A stretch of 64,000 nt of DNA from an uncultured Planctomycetota bacterium (GCA_963823665.1 CAWGMQ010000008.1:1632001-1696000); one strand, 5' to 3'. Shown: positions 10,038-19,053, counted from the stretch's first letter. Notes: generated from the letters alone by a model not told the origin. A program made the numbers and translations.

Positions 10038-12848
10038 TCACGGGCGAGGGATGGTGACGTCCGGAAGATCGATTGTCTTGCCGGCCTGGGCCGTGAATTC
10101 GAAGTCATGGCCGCGGAGGCGGTATTTCGCACCGGGGATGAGTGATGACCAGGTAATGCGGCCGTCGGCATCCGTGCGCAAGCGCCGAAGACGCTCGGAA
10201 TCGAGATTCGATTGGTACTGCATATCGGCCATGATTTGATCCGGCCGCGCGTTTATATCGGCGCCGGGCGTGATGATCAACATGAGCTGGTCGCCCGTGT
10301 GGCCCGCGATCGGCTTGCCCTGGGGGTCCTTGTATCGAACGATTGCCGCGCCACATTTCTCGAGCTGGATCGTTACCGGTCCGTCCCGGGCCGATTTGCC
10401 GGAGAGCTCGACGGTTGCCCCGAGCTGGTGCTCGCGGTCAAGGAAATGAAACGTGTAGGGTTTCTCGGGGTCGCAGCCGGGGAGCTCGAACCGGCCGTCT
10501 CGCACCTTGATCTGGGGCGCATTGCCTGTGAAGAAGGTAAATGGTGTGCCGGTCAGCTTGTTGTGAATGTAGGTTCGGCCCAGAGCGATCGCACTCGTGA
10601 TCGGGTGGCCGTCAGGCCCGATCACACGCCCGGCGACGGTAACTCCGCGCCGGAGTTGCAATTTCACGTTTTCGGGCGCCGAGCCGGGCTTGATATCGAT
10701 GTGAGCCAGCGCATCGGGGTACATGAGCGCGTTCGGCAGGGATCGAACTCTCAGCTCCTCGTTCGTCGTTGTGATGTGCAGATAGTCGGGATTCGCTGCC
10801 CGGATGAGCAGGTGGCCTGGTCCGGCGGGAACAACGATCTGGAACTTGCCTTCGGGATCGGACACTGTCTCGCTGTGCCGCAGTTCACCACGTCGAAGGA
10901 GAGGGTTGTTGATTGTCGTCTGGGCATAATGGACGAGTGCGCCGGCAACCGGCTTGCCGGACGCTGCTTCTGTGATCGTGCCGGGTACGCGCACGCCGCG
11001 GCTGAACTTGAGCTCGATCGATTGCGTCACGGCGCCTTTCGGCCAAACGAGATCCGCCCGCGCATCGAGATAAGGCTCGCCCGCAGGTGGATAGGCAGTG
11101 ATCGAGAAGGATTCGCCGGACGCAGGGATGATGCGCGCGAGGCCCTGATCGTTGGTGGCAGCACCGGTCGCTCGTTCTGTTGACGGGCGCTGTCGCCGCA
11201 CGCCGCGAACGCTTACCCAAACGCCTGGCAGGGGCTTGCCGTCGTCGGCGCGCGTGGTGCGGACCTCGATCACCTGGGCGGGAGACAGCGTCAGGGACAG
11301 TGCGCCCGTCTTCGGCTCATCCACGGGATCGATCGAGAACGTCTGCCGAGCGTGGCGGTCACTGCTGGCTTCAACCATGATCGTCGAGCTTCGACCCAGT
11401 CCGCGAAATGTGAAGCGGCCCTGGTCGTCGGTCGTCGCCGGTTCAGGCCATGCGGGGGCTTGGCCGGCGCCATCAAACGGAGCGGTGTGATACCGACTCA
11501 CGCGCACGGGGACTCCGGCGATTGGTTGGCCCTGAACGTCAAACAACCTTCCCCGAACGATTCGTTCGGGTTCCATCGTGATCGTCAAAGGCGAGCGGGG
11601 TAGATCGTCGCCGATGTACTTGCCCGTGAGCGCCCATCCCGTCGCCCCGGCGACCAGATTCAAGCCGACGCGATCGGTTGCGATCCGTGGGAAATCAACG
11701 CGGAAGCGGCCATCTGCATCGGCGGCGGCCGAGCCCAAAACTTCGTAGTGCTCCAGTTCGCGCACAAGGCGGCCTTGGGGAAGCGGCGGCGGCATGGCCA
11801 CCACGGCGACCCGGGCGCCGGGTACCGGCTTGCCATCGGGTGCGAGAACGCGGCCATGAATGGTGACCTGGTCCGGGTCCTGGCGCGAAGACGCTGCTTG
11901 TTGAGTTAATGCTTGGCCCGGGCGAAGTCCGGGCGGGGACGGATTGGGCTCGTCGTTCCTTGCCAGAGCCCGCGTCAGATAGCCGGCGCTCGTGGCGAGG
12001 GCGCCGAGCAACAGGAACGACAGCGCGAGGAGCTTCGCCTTGTGGAATAGCGTGGACCGGAGCAACTGCCTGGCGACGGCCGTCGCCAAGGGTGCGGCGG
12101 ACTGGCCGGCCGCGAACTCGATCGCGGCTCGTGCCGTTGTTTCGCACAGGTGCGGGGAAACCGATGCCGAGGCGGAGCGCGTGGAAAGGGCCGCGGCCAG
12201 GGTGGCGGCGGGTAGGATGATGCCGCGGCGCGTGAGGGCACGCCTGAGTTTTTCGCGGGCGCGGGCCATCCGGCTGCGAAGCGTGCCGTGGGACCAACGG
12301 AGCCGGCGGGCCGCTTCATGGACGGTCAGGCCCTCGAGGTAGCATAGAACGACCGGCAGGCGGAAGGTGCGTGGCAGGCGCTCGATCTCTTCGTGCAGCA
12401 GCTCAGCCTGCTCGCGGGCCAGGAGCGATTGCTCGGGGGATACAGTGGCGGCGCCTGATCTCAGGTTCGACATCTGGGATGCCTCCTCGTGCTTGCGACG
12501 GCGAGCGATGCACAGGCTTGCCTGGCGGCACGTGCGGAGGGCGACGCCGTAGAGCCAGTTGCCGAGAAGGTCGGGGTCGCGGATCGAGTGCGCCTTTTGA
12601 GCGAGGACCAGGAAGACAGCCTGCACGGCGTCTTCGGCGTCGTGGCGATCGCCCAACAGCTCGTTGCATACGCCCAGGACCAGCCGGCCGTGGCGGAACA
12701 CCAACCCGGCGAATGCCGCTTCGCCGACTGCGTCTTGCCGCGCGATGAAGCGGTCCAGGAGCTGGCGGTCCGATAGGCCGGCGACAGCGCTACCCTCGAA
12801 GAGCGACTCGAGCTGCCGCACCATCGAGCCGGATGCATGGGACTGCAT
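10038..12848 (-). CDS. ECF sigma factor with TM and C-terminal beta-sandwich repeats, copy 4
   Basis: DAEDAVQAVF, SHGTLRSRMARAR, TM helix, repeats; the most divergent C-terminal region of the five. Confidence 0.9.
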   Translation of the reverse strand: MQSHASGSMVRQLESLFEGSAVAGLSDRQLLDRFIARQDAVGEAAFAGLVFRHGRLVLGVCNELLGDRHDAEDAVQAVFLVLAQKAHSIRDPDLLGNWLYGVALRTCRQASLCIARRRKHEEASQMSNLRSGAATVSPEQSLLAREQAELLHEEIERLPRTFRLPVVLCYLEGLTVHEAARRLRWSHGTLRSRMARAREKLRRALTRRGIILPAATLAAALSTRSASASVSPHLCETTARAAIEFAAGQSAAPLATAVARQLLRSTLFHKAKLLALSFLLLGALATSAGYLTRALARNDEPNPSPPGLRPGQALTQQAASSRQDPDQVTIHGRVLAPDGKPVPGARVAVVAMPPPLPQGRLVRELEHYEVLGSAAADADGRFRVDFPRIATDRVGLNLVAGATGWALTGKYIGDDLPRSPLTITMEPERIVRGRLFDVQGQPIAGVPVRVSRYHTAPFDGAGQAPAWPEPATTDDQGRFTFRGLGRSSTIMVEASSDRHARQTFSIDPVDEPKTGALSLTLSPAQVIEVRTTRADDGKPLPGVWVSVRGVRRQRPSTERATGAATNDQGLARIIPASGESFSITAYPPAGEPYLDARADLVWPKGAVTQSIELKFSRGVRVPGTITEAASGKPVAGALVHYAQTTINNPLLRRGELRHSETVSDPEGKFQIVVPAGPGHLLIRAANPDYLHITTTNEELRVRSLPNALMYPDALAHIDIKPGSAPENVKLQLRRGVTVAGRVIGPDGHPITSAIALGRTYIHNKLTGTPFTFFTGNAPQIKVRDGRFELPGCDPEKPYTFHFLDREHQLGATVELSGKSARDGPVTIQLEKCGAAIVRYKDPQGKPIAGHTGDQLMLIITPGADINARPDQIMADMQYQSNLDSERLRRLRTDADGRITWSSLIPGAKYRLRGHDFEFTAQAGKTIDLPDVTIPRP

Positions 12849-12891
12849 CGCCGCTGGTTCTCCGCATCATGAAACTCGTTACCACGCGAGG

Positions 12892-12920
12892 TACTGTGTT
12901 GCCGGCTGCTATTGTATCCC
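12892..12920 (-). promoter_or_regulatory. Putative ECF promoter GGGATAC-N17-CAGTA
   Basis: Minus strand GGGATACaatagcagccggcaacaCAGTA, 44 nt before the ATG. Confidence 0.75.
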
Positions 12921-12975
12921 AGGTTGCCGTGGAAGTCGCGACAGAACGCAGATCTTCCGCGGTACGAGTGATCGA

Positions 12976-13025
12976 TCGCACTCGGCCCTCACCCGGCCTT
13001 TGGCCTCCCTCTCCCAGGGGGAGAG
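12976..13025. repeat. Palindromic REP-like element CCCTCACCCGGCC...CTCTCCCAGGGGGAGAG
   Basis: CTCTCCC-AGG-GGGAGAG hairpin; shares 24 nt with 698-721 and resembles 35598-35642. Confidence 0.75.
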
Positions 13026-13044
13026 CAGGTTCAGCTCGCGGTTG

Positions 13045-15945
13045 TCATCGGGCTTGGGGCTTCCCGATCAGGATATCGCCCAGCACGGTGGTTTCGCCGG
13101 GCTTGACGGTGAAGTCTTTGCGCACCGGAGCGGCAGGTGGATTGCGGACGACGATTCGATAGTTTGCGCCGGGGATCAGAGCGGGGAATGTGATTTGACC
13201 CAGAGCATCGGACTGGGGGGGTACCGGATAGTTGATCGGGTCGATCCTGGACAGGTATCCACTTTCGGTTGCAAGGTCATTCGCGCCGACTACGTCGCCG
13301 CGTGCCGGATCTGGTCCGAATCTGACGATCATCGAAGTCATTAACTGGTCGCGGTACCCGGCCACGGGCTTGTTACCGGCGTCGACAAGCCGGGCGACGG
13401 CCGAGCCGCAGGGCTCGAGGCGAATCGTGATAGGCCCGCCGGCCGCGGACTTCCCCGAGAGGTGGGCCACCGCGCCGAGCTTGCGCTTCGGCTGAAAGAA
13501 ATAGACGGGGATCTCGGTATCGGGATCGATCCCGTGCAACTCGAATCGGCCGCTCGGTGCCGTGCCGTGATAGAAACCCGACCAGACGCGCCAAGCGACG
13601 GAACCCGGCCCGAGTGCGGCCCGGCCCATGATCCAGGTATCCGGAACCGGCTGATCGTCGGGACCGACGATTCGGCCCGAGACCGTCTGGCCGCGGCGAA
13701 GCGTGACCTGGACCTCGAGGCCGCTGCCGCCTGATTTCGGTGCGCAGGCGATGAAGCTGTGGGAATAGATTGGCCGGCCGCCTGGCAAACCCTCGTAGAA
13801 CTCGCGATTGCCAATCGCCCGCAACACAAAATCCTCGCTGGGACCCTGAACGGCCAGGTAACCGCCGGCGGCGGGGCCCACGGCGAGCTCGAAGGATCCG
13901 TCGGCTTGGGACTCTGCTTGACCGCTCCCACTGGCATTGGCGCCGGGCGCGGAACGTGGGACGAACATCACCCACGCGCCTGCGACCGGAGCCTTCGAGC
14001 CTTCCTCGGTGACCTTTCCGCGGATCGGCACGCCGCGGGGAAGAGCCAGGTCGACCGACTGCTCAGCCGCGCCCTTGGGCCATTCGATTCTCCTGGAAGC
14101 GGCCAGGTAAGGCTCCCCGACCAGCGGAATCGCTGCGATGGCGAAGACATCACCGGGTAATGGATTCGCGCGAAATCGACCGTCGGCGTTGGCTTGAAAG
14201 GGGATTGTCCGGAAGCCTCTTTGACCCGCCCCTCCGGCAGCGATCTGGATCCGAGCTTCCGGGACAGGCTTGCCCGTGTCAGCGTATGTTACGCGGCCGG
14301 TGAATATCCTGGCGGGTTGCAGGGCCGCGGCGAAGGACTTCGCGTCCGGGGAATCGTCGGTCGCGACATCGATCATCTGGATCGCAAATCGCGGGTCGAT
14401 GATGCTGAGCTGAGCCTCGAGTCGATGGCCGATGCCGTGCAGCTCGAACCGTCCTTCGGCGTCGGTCGTCACGGGCTTGGGCCAGGCTGGAATGTCGTTG
14501 ACACGAAACCAGTACGAGGGCCCGTCGAGGTGCGCACGCGGAAGATCGCTACCCTGTGGCTCCGGAGCGAGGACGCGCCGGATTGCGGAGACCGAGACGA
14601 CGACGCCCTGCGCCGGGCGCTCTTGCAAGTCGAATAGCCGGCCCTTGATCACTTGCTCGCGGCGGAGCGATATGTCGGCGGCGGGCTGATCGAGATCAGG
14701 GTCGATCTCGGCCCACCCGACCGCAAAGCCGGGCGCCAAGGCGATCGCCATGAATTCGTCATTTCGCGTCGACGACGTGCGAGGAGCATCGAGTCGAAAC
14801 CGGCCGGATCCGTCGGCTGCCGCGTGTGCGATCACAGCCTGGTGCTGTCCTTCGAGCCGGGCGACTCTGGGCGACAGCTTGGTGCGGGCGGAGGCGACCA
14901 CGATCGCGCCGGGCACCGGCTTGCCTTCTGGATCGAGGACACGGCCAACCACGAACATTCGCCCCGGAGCCGGCTTGGGCGCTGGATCATCCGGACGAGC
15001 AGCAGCCGGCGATTGGCGACTGGCCGCCAGGCGTTGGGGCTCATCGTTCCTCGCCTGAGCGCGAGCAAGATAACCGGCACTCGAGGCAACGGCGCCGACC
15101 AAGAGCAACGCGAGTGCGAGGATCTTCAACTTGTGAAAAAACATGGTTTGCATTACCTCCAGAGCCAGCGCCGCCGCCAGGGGCGCGGCGGATTGGCCGG
15201 CGGCGAACTGGATTGCGGCACGGGCGGTTGTTTCGCACAGGTGGGGTGAGGGCGATGCCCTTGCCGAGCTGTGTGACAGAGCCGCGACCAGCGCGGCGGC
15301 GGGCAAGACGACACCGCGGCGGGTGAGGCCGCGCTTGAGCTTGTGTCGTGCGCGGGCGATCCGGCTGCGAACCGTTCCGGCGGGGCAGCGCAGCCGGTTC
15401 GCGGCCTCGTCGAGCGTCAGGCCTTCGAAGTAACAGAGGACCACCGGCTTGCGAAACGAAGCTGGGAGCCGGGCGATTTCGCTGTGCAGGGCCTCGGCCT
15501 GCTCGCGATCGATGGTGGGCTCGAGCATCGAACAGAGCAGCGCAGGCGAGCCCGGATCATGTTGGCGCACGAGGCCAGCCTCTTCTTTCTTGCGGCGGCG
15601 GTTGAGCTGGACCTTTGCGCAACGGGCCGTGCGGAGCGCGACTCCGTAGAGCCAGTTTGCCAGAAGATCCGGGTCGCGGATCGAGCGCGCCTTGCGAGCC
15701 AGCACGAGGAAGACGGCCTGGAACGCGTCTTCGGCGTGATGAAGGTCGCCCAGAAGCTGATGACAGAGGTCAAGAACCATCGGGCCGTGCCGCGCGACGA
15801 TCGCGGTGAAAGCGGCTTCGCCGGCGGTGTCGCGCGCCCGGGTGAAACGATCCAGGAGCTGGCGGTCGGAGAGGCCGGCGACCGAGCGGCCATCGAAGAG
15901 CGACTCGAGCGACTGGACCAGACACCCCGGTGCGTTGCGCGACAT
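13045..15945 (-). CDS. ECF sigma factor with TM and C-terminal beta-sandwich repeats, copy 5
   Basis: HAEDAFQAVF, PAGTVRSRIARAR; C-terminal region most similar to copy 2. Confidence 0.9.
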   Translation of the reverse strand: MSRNAPGCLVQSLESLFDGRSVAGLSDRQLLDRFTRARDTAGEAAFTAIVARHGPMVLDLCHQLLGDLHHAEDAFQAVFLVLARKARSIRDPDLLANWLYGVALRTARCAKVQLNRRRKKEEAGLVRQHDPGSPALLCSMLEPTIDREQAEALHSEIARLPASFRKPVVLCYFEGLTLDEAANRLRCPAGTVRSRIARARHKLKRGLTRRGVVLPAAALVAALSHSSARASPSPHLCETTARAAIQFAAGQSAAPLAAALALEVMQTMFFHKLKILALALLLVGAVASSAGYLARAQARNDEPQRLAASRQSPAAARPDDPAPKPAPGRMFVVGRVLDPEGKPVPGAIVVASARTKLSPRVARLEGQHQAVIAHAAADGSGRFRLDAPRTSSTRNDEFMAIALAPGFAVGWAEIDPDLDQPAADISLRREQVIKGRLFDLQERPAQGVVVSVSAIRRVLAPEPQGSDLPRAHLDGPSYWFRVNDIPAWPKPVTTDAEGRFELHGIGHRLEAQLSIIDPRFAIQMIDVATDDSPDAKSFAAALQPARIFTGRVTYADTGKPVPEARIQIAAGGAGQRGFRTIPFQANADGRFRANPLPGDVFAIAAIPLVGEPYLAASRRIEWPKGAAEQSVDLALPRGVPIRGKVTEEGSKAPVAGAWVMFVPRSAPGANASGSGQAESQADGSFELAVGPAAGGYLAVQGPSEDFVLRAIGNREFYEGLPGGRPIYSHSFIACAPKSGGSGLEVQVTLRRGQTVSGRIVGPDDQPVPDTWIMGRAALGPGSVAWRVWSGFYHGTAPSGRFELHGIDPDTEIPVYFFQPKRKLGAVAHLSGKSAAGGPITIRLEPCGSAVARLVDAGNKPVAGYRDQLMTSMIVRFGPDPARGDVVGANDLATESGYLSRIDPINYPVPPQSDALGQITFPALIPGANYRIVVRNPPAAPVRKDFTVKPGETTVLGDILIGKPQAR

Positions 15946-16015
15946 GTGTTCCGGATCTCTCGTCTTCTACATGGCTCGGCCGGAGAATCCCGGCGTGAAA
16001 TCTTCCCACGCTATA

Positions 16016-16044
16016 TACTGGGCAGTCGACTACGATGTTATCCC
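16016..16044 (-). promoter_or_regulatory. Putative ECF promoter GGGATAA-N17-CAGTA
   Basis: Minus strand GGGATAAcatcgtagtcgactgccCAGTA, 71 nt before the ATG. Confidence 0.7.
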
Positions 16045-16073
16045 AGGTTGCGGTCGAAGAGGAGAAGCCGCAG

Positions 16074-17300
16074 ATGAACAAGCAGGCGATCGCCCTGCTT
16101 TCGCTCGGGCATTTTCTGATCGACTTTTGCCAGGGCGTGGTTCCGGCTCTGGTGCCGTTTCTGGTGGACGAGAGGCGATTCAGCTATGCGATGGCCGCGA
16201 GCCTGGTGTTTGCAATCAGTGCGACTTCGTCGATCGTGCAGCCGCTCTTCGGCGGGCTCGCTGATCGCATTGGCGTGTGGTGGCTCTTGCCGGGAAGCGT
16301 GCTGCTGGCTGGCGTGAGTCTGGCAATCGGGACTCAAGCGGAAAGCTACCCGGTCGTGCTCGCGGCTGTGGGACTGAGCGGCCTGGGGGTGGCGGCCTTT
16401 CATCCCGAGGCCGCGCGCAAAGCTCACATCGCCAGCGGCGACAAGCGAACGACCGGGATGAGCTATTTCTCGGTCGGAGGCGGGTTGGGGTTTGCCCTCG
16501 CGCCTGTGATCACGACAGCGGTGGTTGTTTCCTGGGGCATGCGCGGAATCGCGGCCCTGCTCCTGCCGACCGGCGTGGTCGCGCTTTTGATCGGCTGCTT
16601 GATCGGCAGAGCAGGTGCAAGACCGCATTCCGATGGACATGGGCCGAGCTTCACGGGGGAAGACGACTGGCGGGGCTTCGGAATCCTCTCCGGCGCGACG
16701 GTCTGCCGTTCGATCGTGTTTTATGGCCTCAATACGTTCCTGGCGCTTTACTTCATGAACCGCTGGGGCCAGACCGCGGCGGAAGGAAACCGGGCGCTGG
16801 CCATTTTTCTGGGCACCAGCATCGTGGGAACGCTGACAGGGGGCTATCTCGCCGACCGGCTGGGGCGACGGAAAGTGATCCGCATGGGCTTCGCCGGGGG
16901 CGTGTTGTTCCTGGCGCTGTTTGCGGTCAGCACCAATCGATCGCTGGCTCTCGCGCTCCTGGTTCCGCTGGCCGTCTTTTTATTCATGCCCACCTCGGTT
17001 CTGGTGGTTCTGGGGCAAGAGTACTTGCCGCGGCGGGTGGGGATGGCCTCGGGCGTGACCTTGGGCCTGGCCGTGAGCGTCGGCGGGATGTGCGCGCCGT
17101 TGCTAGGGCGGCTGGGCGACCGATACGGATTGTTCAGCGTCATCATGGTGCTGATCACGCTCATGATCGTGGCAGCATTCCAGACGCTTGCTTTGCCCCC
17201 GGCGGGCCGGCACGATCGACGCGCGGCTGAGGCGGGCGCGGCCGACAGGGGGCAAACTGTGGCGAGTGGTGAGCGTGTTGGGGCGCGCGACATGGTTTGA
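16074..17300 (+). CDS. MFS transporter (Fsr/fosmidomycin-resistance-like)
   Basis: About 12 hydrophobic segments, QPLFGGLADR and GGYLADRLGRR loops, AAFHPEA motif; GAGGAG upstream of MNKQ. Confidence 0.85.
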   Translation: MNKQAIALLSLGHFLIDFCQGVVPALVPFLVDERRFSYAMAASLVFAISATSSIVQPLFGGLADRIGVWWLLPGSVLLAGVSLAIGTQAESYPVVLAAVGLSGLGVAAFHPEAARKAHIASGDKRTTGMSYFSVGGGLGFALAPVITTAVVVSWGMRGIAALLLPTGVVALLIGCLIGRAGARPHSDGHGPSFTGEDDWRGFGILSGATVCRSIVFYGLNTFLALYFMNRWGQTAAEGNRALAIFLGTSIVGTLTGGYLADRLGRRKVIRMGFAGGVLFLALFAVSTNRSLALALLVPLAVFLFMPTSVLVVLGQEYLPRRVGMASGVTLGLAVSVGGMCAPLLGRLGDRYGLFSVIMVLITLMIVAAFQTLALPPAGRHDRRAAEAGAADRGQTVASGERVGARDMV

Positions 17301-17362
17301 GTGGCGGAGGCGGGAACAGGACAAGGCGTGCGCCGCCGTAACTGGATTGCGACCTACCCGCA

Positions 17363-18159
17363 ATTCTTGACCGCTACGATCGCCCGGTCGTGAGCTTGGC
17401 GGTATTGTGCGACGAGCAGCGGAGTTGGCGGCCCGACCGATTCGTGTACAATAATTTGGGCGTGGTTCAATTGCGGGTAACACCACCGGCGAACTGGCGC
17501 GAAGCGGGAGCAAGACTAACCGGAGCCCTCGCTTGCGCTTCGGGTTAGTGTAGTTGCCAGGACGCGTCTGCAACGTGTCACCCTAACAGCGGCCCGATTG
17601 AACCACGCCATAATTTGGGCTGTGATCTCGACTTTCGGTTCCCGATGGTCAAGCTGATCGACTATCGCCGGGACGAGGCGGCCCTTGAGCAGTCTGGCAA
17701 TCCGTTTGCGGCCGTCATCCTGGCGCAGCTCAAGGTTCTCGAGACGCGGGATGCGCCCGCGACGCGGTGGCAATGGAAGCTTCGCCTGGTCAAGAGCCTT
17801 TACGATCGTGGGCTGAAACGAGAGCAGGTGCGGCAACTTTTTCGTGTGCTCGACTGGATGTTGGCCCTTCCGCCGGAGCTCGAGCAGTCGTTCCGAACTG
17901 ACCTCGAGCGTTTTGAGGAGGCTCGACGCATGCCTTATGTGACGAGTATTGAAAGACTGCGCGCGAAGAAGGACACAAAGAAGGCGTGGCAGAAGGCCTG
18001 CAGATCGCCATCCTCAAGCTGCTGGAGCTCAAGTTCAAGAAATTGCCGGCCAAGCATGAACGAAAGCTCCGCTCGATCAGCGAGATCGAGCGGCTGGGCG
18101 AACTGTTTCAAGCCGCGAATGACGCCGAGACGCTCGATGATGTCCTCTCGCAGCTCTAA
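17363..18159 (+). pseudogene. 5'-truncated, MITE-interrupted Rpn/YhgA-like (DUF4351-type tail) gene
   Basis: LDRYDRPVVSLAVLCDEQRSWRPDRFVYNNL | GCDLDFRFPMVKLIDY...NPFAAVILAQLK...LFRVLDWMLALP...MPYVTSIERL; tail EEGHKEG...LELKF after a 1-nt shift near 17960. Confidence 0.7.
17459..17609. mobile_element. 151-bp non-autonomous MITE
   Basis: Perfect 13-bp TIR GGCGTGGTTCAAT (17459-17471) / ATTGAACCACGCC (17597-17609); 8-bp direct repeat ATAATTTG at 17451-17458 and 17610-17617; excision restores the reading frame. Confidence 0.9.
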
Positions 18160-18172
18160 GGAGGCTCGACGC

Positions 18173-18482
18173 ATGCCTTATGTGACGAGTATTGAAAGAC
18201 TGGCGCGAAGAAGGATATCGTGAAGGATATCGGATAGGTTTTCGGATAGGACTTCGCGAAGGAATCGAGAAAGTATTCGAGAAATGACGTCAGCAGGGTA
18301 TAGCCGAAGGATTCCAGGCTGCCATCCTGGAGCTTCTGGAGGGCAGCTTCAAGAAAGTGGCGGCCAAAGACGTGCAATCTGTCCGCTCGGTGCGCGACAT
18401 TGAGCGGCTCAAGGCGTTGCTGCGAGCCGCGGGTGACGCTGACACGCTCCAGGAAGCCCTCTTGTCGCTTAGAGATGATTAG
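18173..18482 (+). pseudogene. Second Rpn-like C-terminal module (RpnS/DUF4351-like); frameshifted with an internal TGA as assembled
   Basis: TAAGGAGG then ATG; MPYVTSIERLA..EEGYREG...AILELLEGSFKK...IERLKALLRAA; 44 bp identical to 17916-17959. Confidence 0.6.
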
Positions 18483-18484
18483 CA

Positions 18485-18994
18485 ATGATCAAGAAAACTC
18501 TCGCACTGGTGGTGTGTGGTGTGGCGCTGGCCGTGGCCTGGGCCGGGCTCAGAGCCCGTGGGGATGACAAATCGGACGCCGTCGTCCGCGACGTGCGTGC
18601 GGTTCTCGATCAGCAGGTCGTCGACTGGAACAAAGGGGATCTCGACGGATTTCTCGCCGGATACTGGAATTCTCCGAAGGTCGTGTTCATGTCGGGCGGG
18701 CAGCGGTTTGACGGGTATGAGGCCATGCGCGATCGGTATCGCCGTCGATACAAAGCCGAGGGGAGGGCGATGGGGCAGCTCGCGTTCTCGGAGCTCGAGA
18801 TCGAAGCGCTCGGGGCGGAATCGGTGTTTGCGCGGGGGCGATTTAATCTGACGATGCCTGACGGCTCGAAGCCGACAGGGCTGTTCACGATCATCCTGCG
18901 GAAGTTTCCGGACGGCTGGAAGATCGTGCATGACCACACGTCGGCTGAGGAGGCGCGCCAGCCGACTGCGGTCAAGAAACCCGCTGAGCCGTGA
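18485..18994 (+). CDS. Secreted NTF2/SnoaL-like (DUF4440) protein
   Basis: Signal peptide; WNKGDLDGFLAGYW, G.L.FSELE, WKIVHDHTS. Confidence 0.85.
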   Translation: MIKKTLALVVCGVALAVAWAGLRARGDDKSDAVVRDVRAVLDQQVVDWNKGDLDGFLAGYWNSPKVVFMSGGQRFDGYEAMRDRYRRRYKAEGRAMGQLAFSELEIEALGAESVFARGRFNLTMPDGSKPTGLFTIILRKFPDGWKIVHDHTSAEEARQPTAVKKPAEP

Positions 18995-19053
18995 GCGGGC
19001 GGACGGCTCGAACGCGAGATGACTTTGGGCGAGCCTTGATGCACCACGTCAGT

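Noticed and set aside
1026..15900. Many long plus-strand ORFs opposite the ECF genes (and similar shadow ORFs elsewhere, e.g. 23613-25220, 31359-33131, 37420-38673)
   Set aside because: Antisense or alternate-frame shadows typical of high-GC coding DNA, with no motifs. The 3' end of 31359-33131 is simply actD.
750..15945. Diversity-generating retroelement or shufflon behind the ECF variation
   Set aside because: No reverse transcriptase, recombinase, template/variable repeat pair or inversion sites seen; divergence is spread across the genes.
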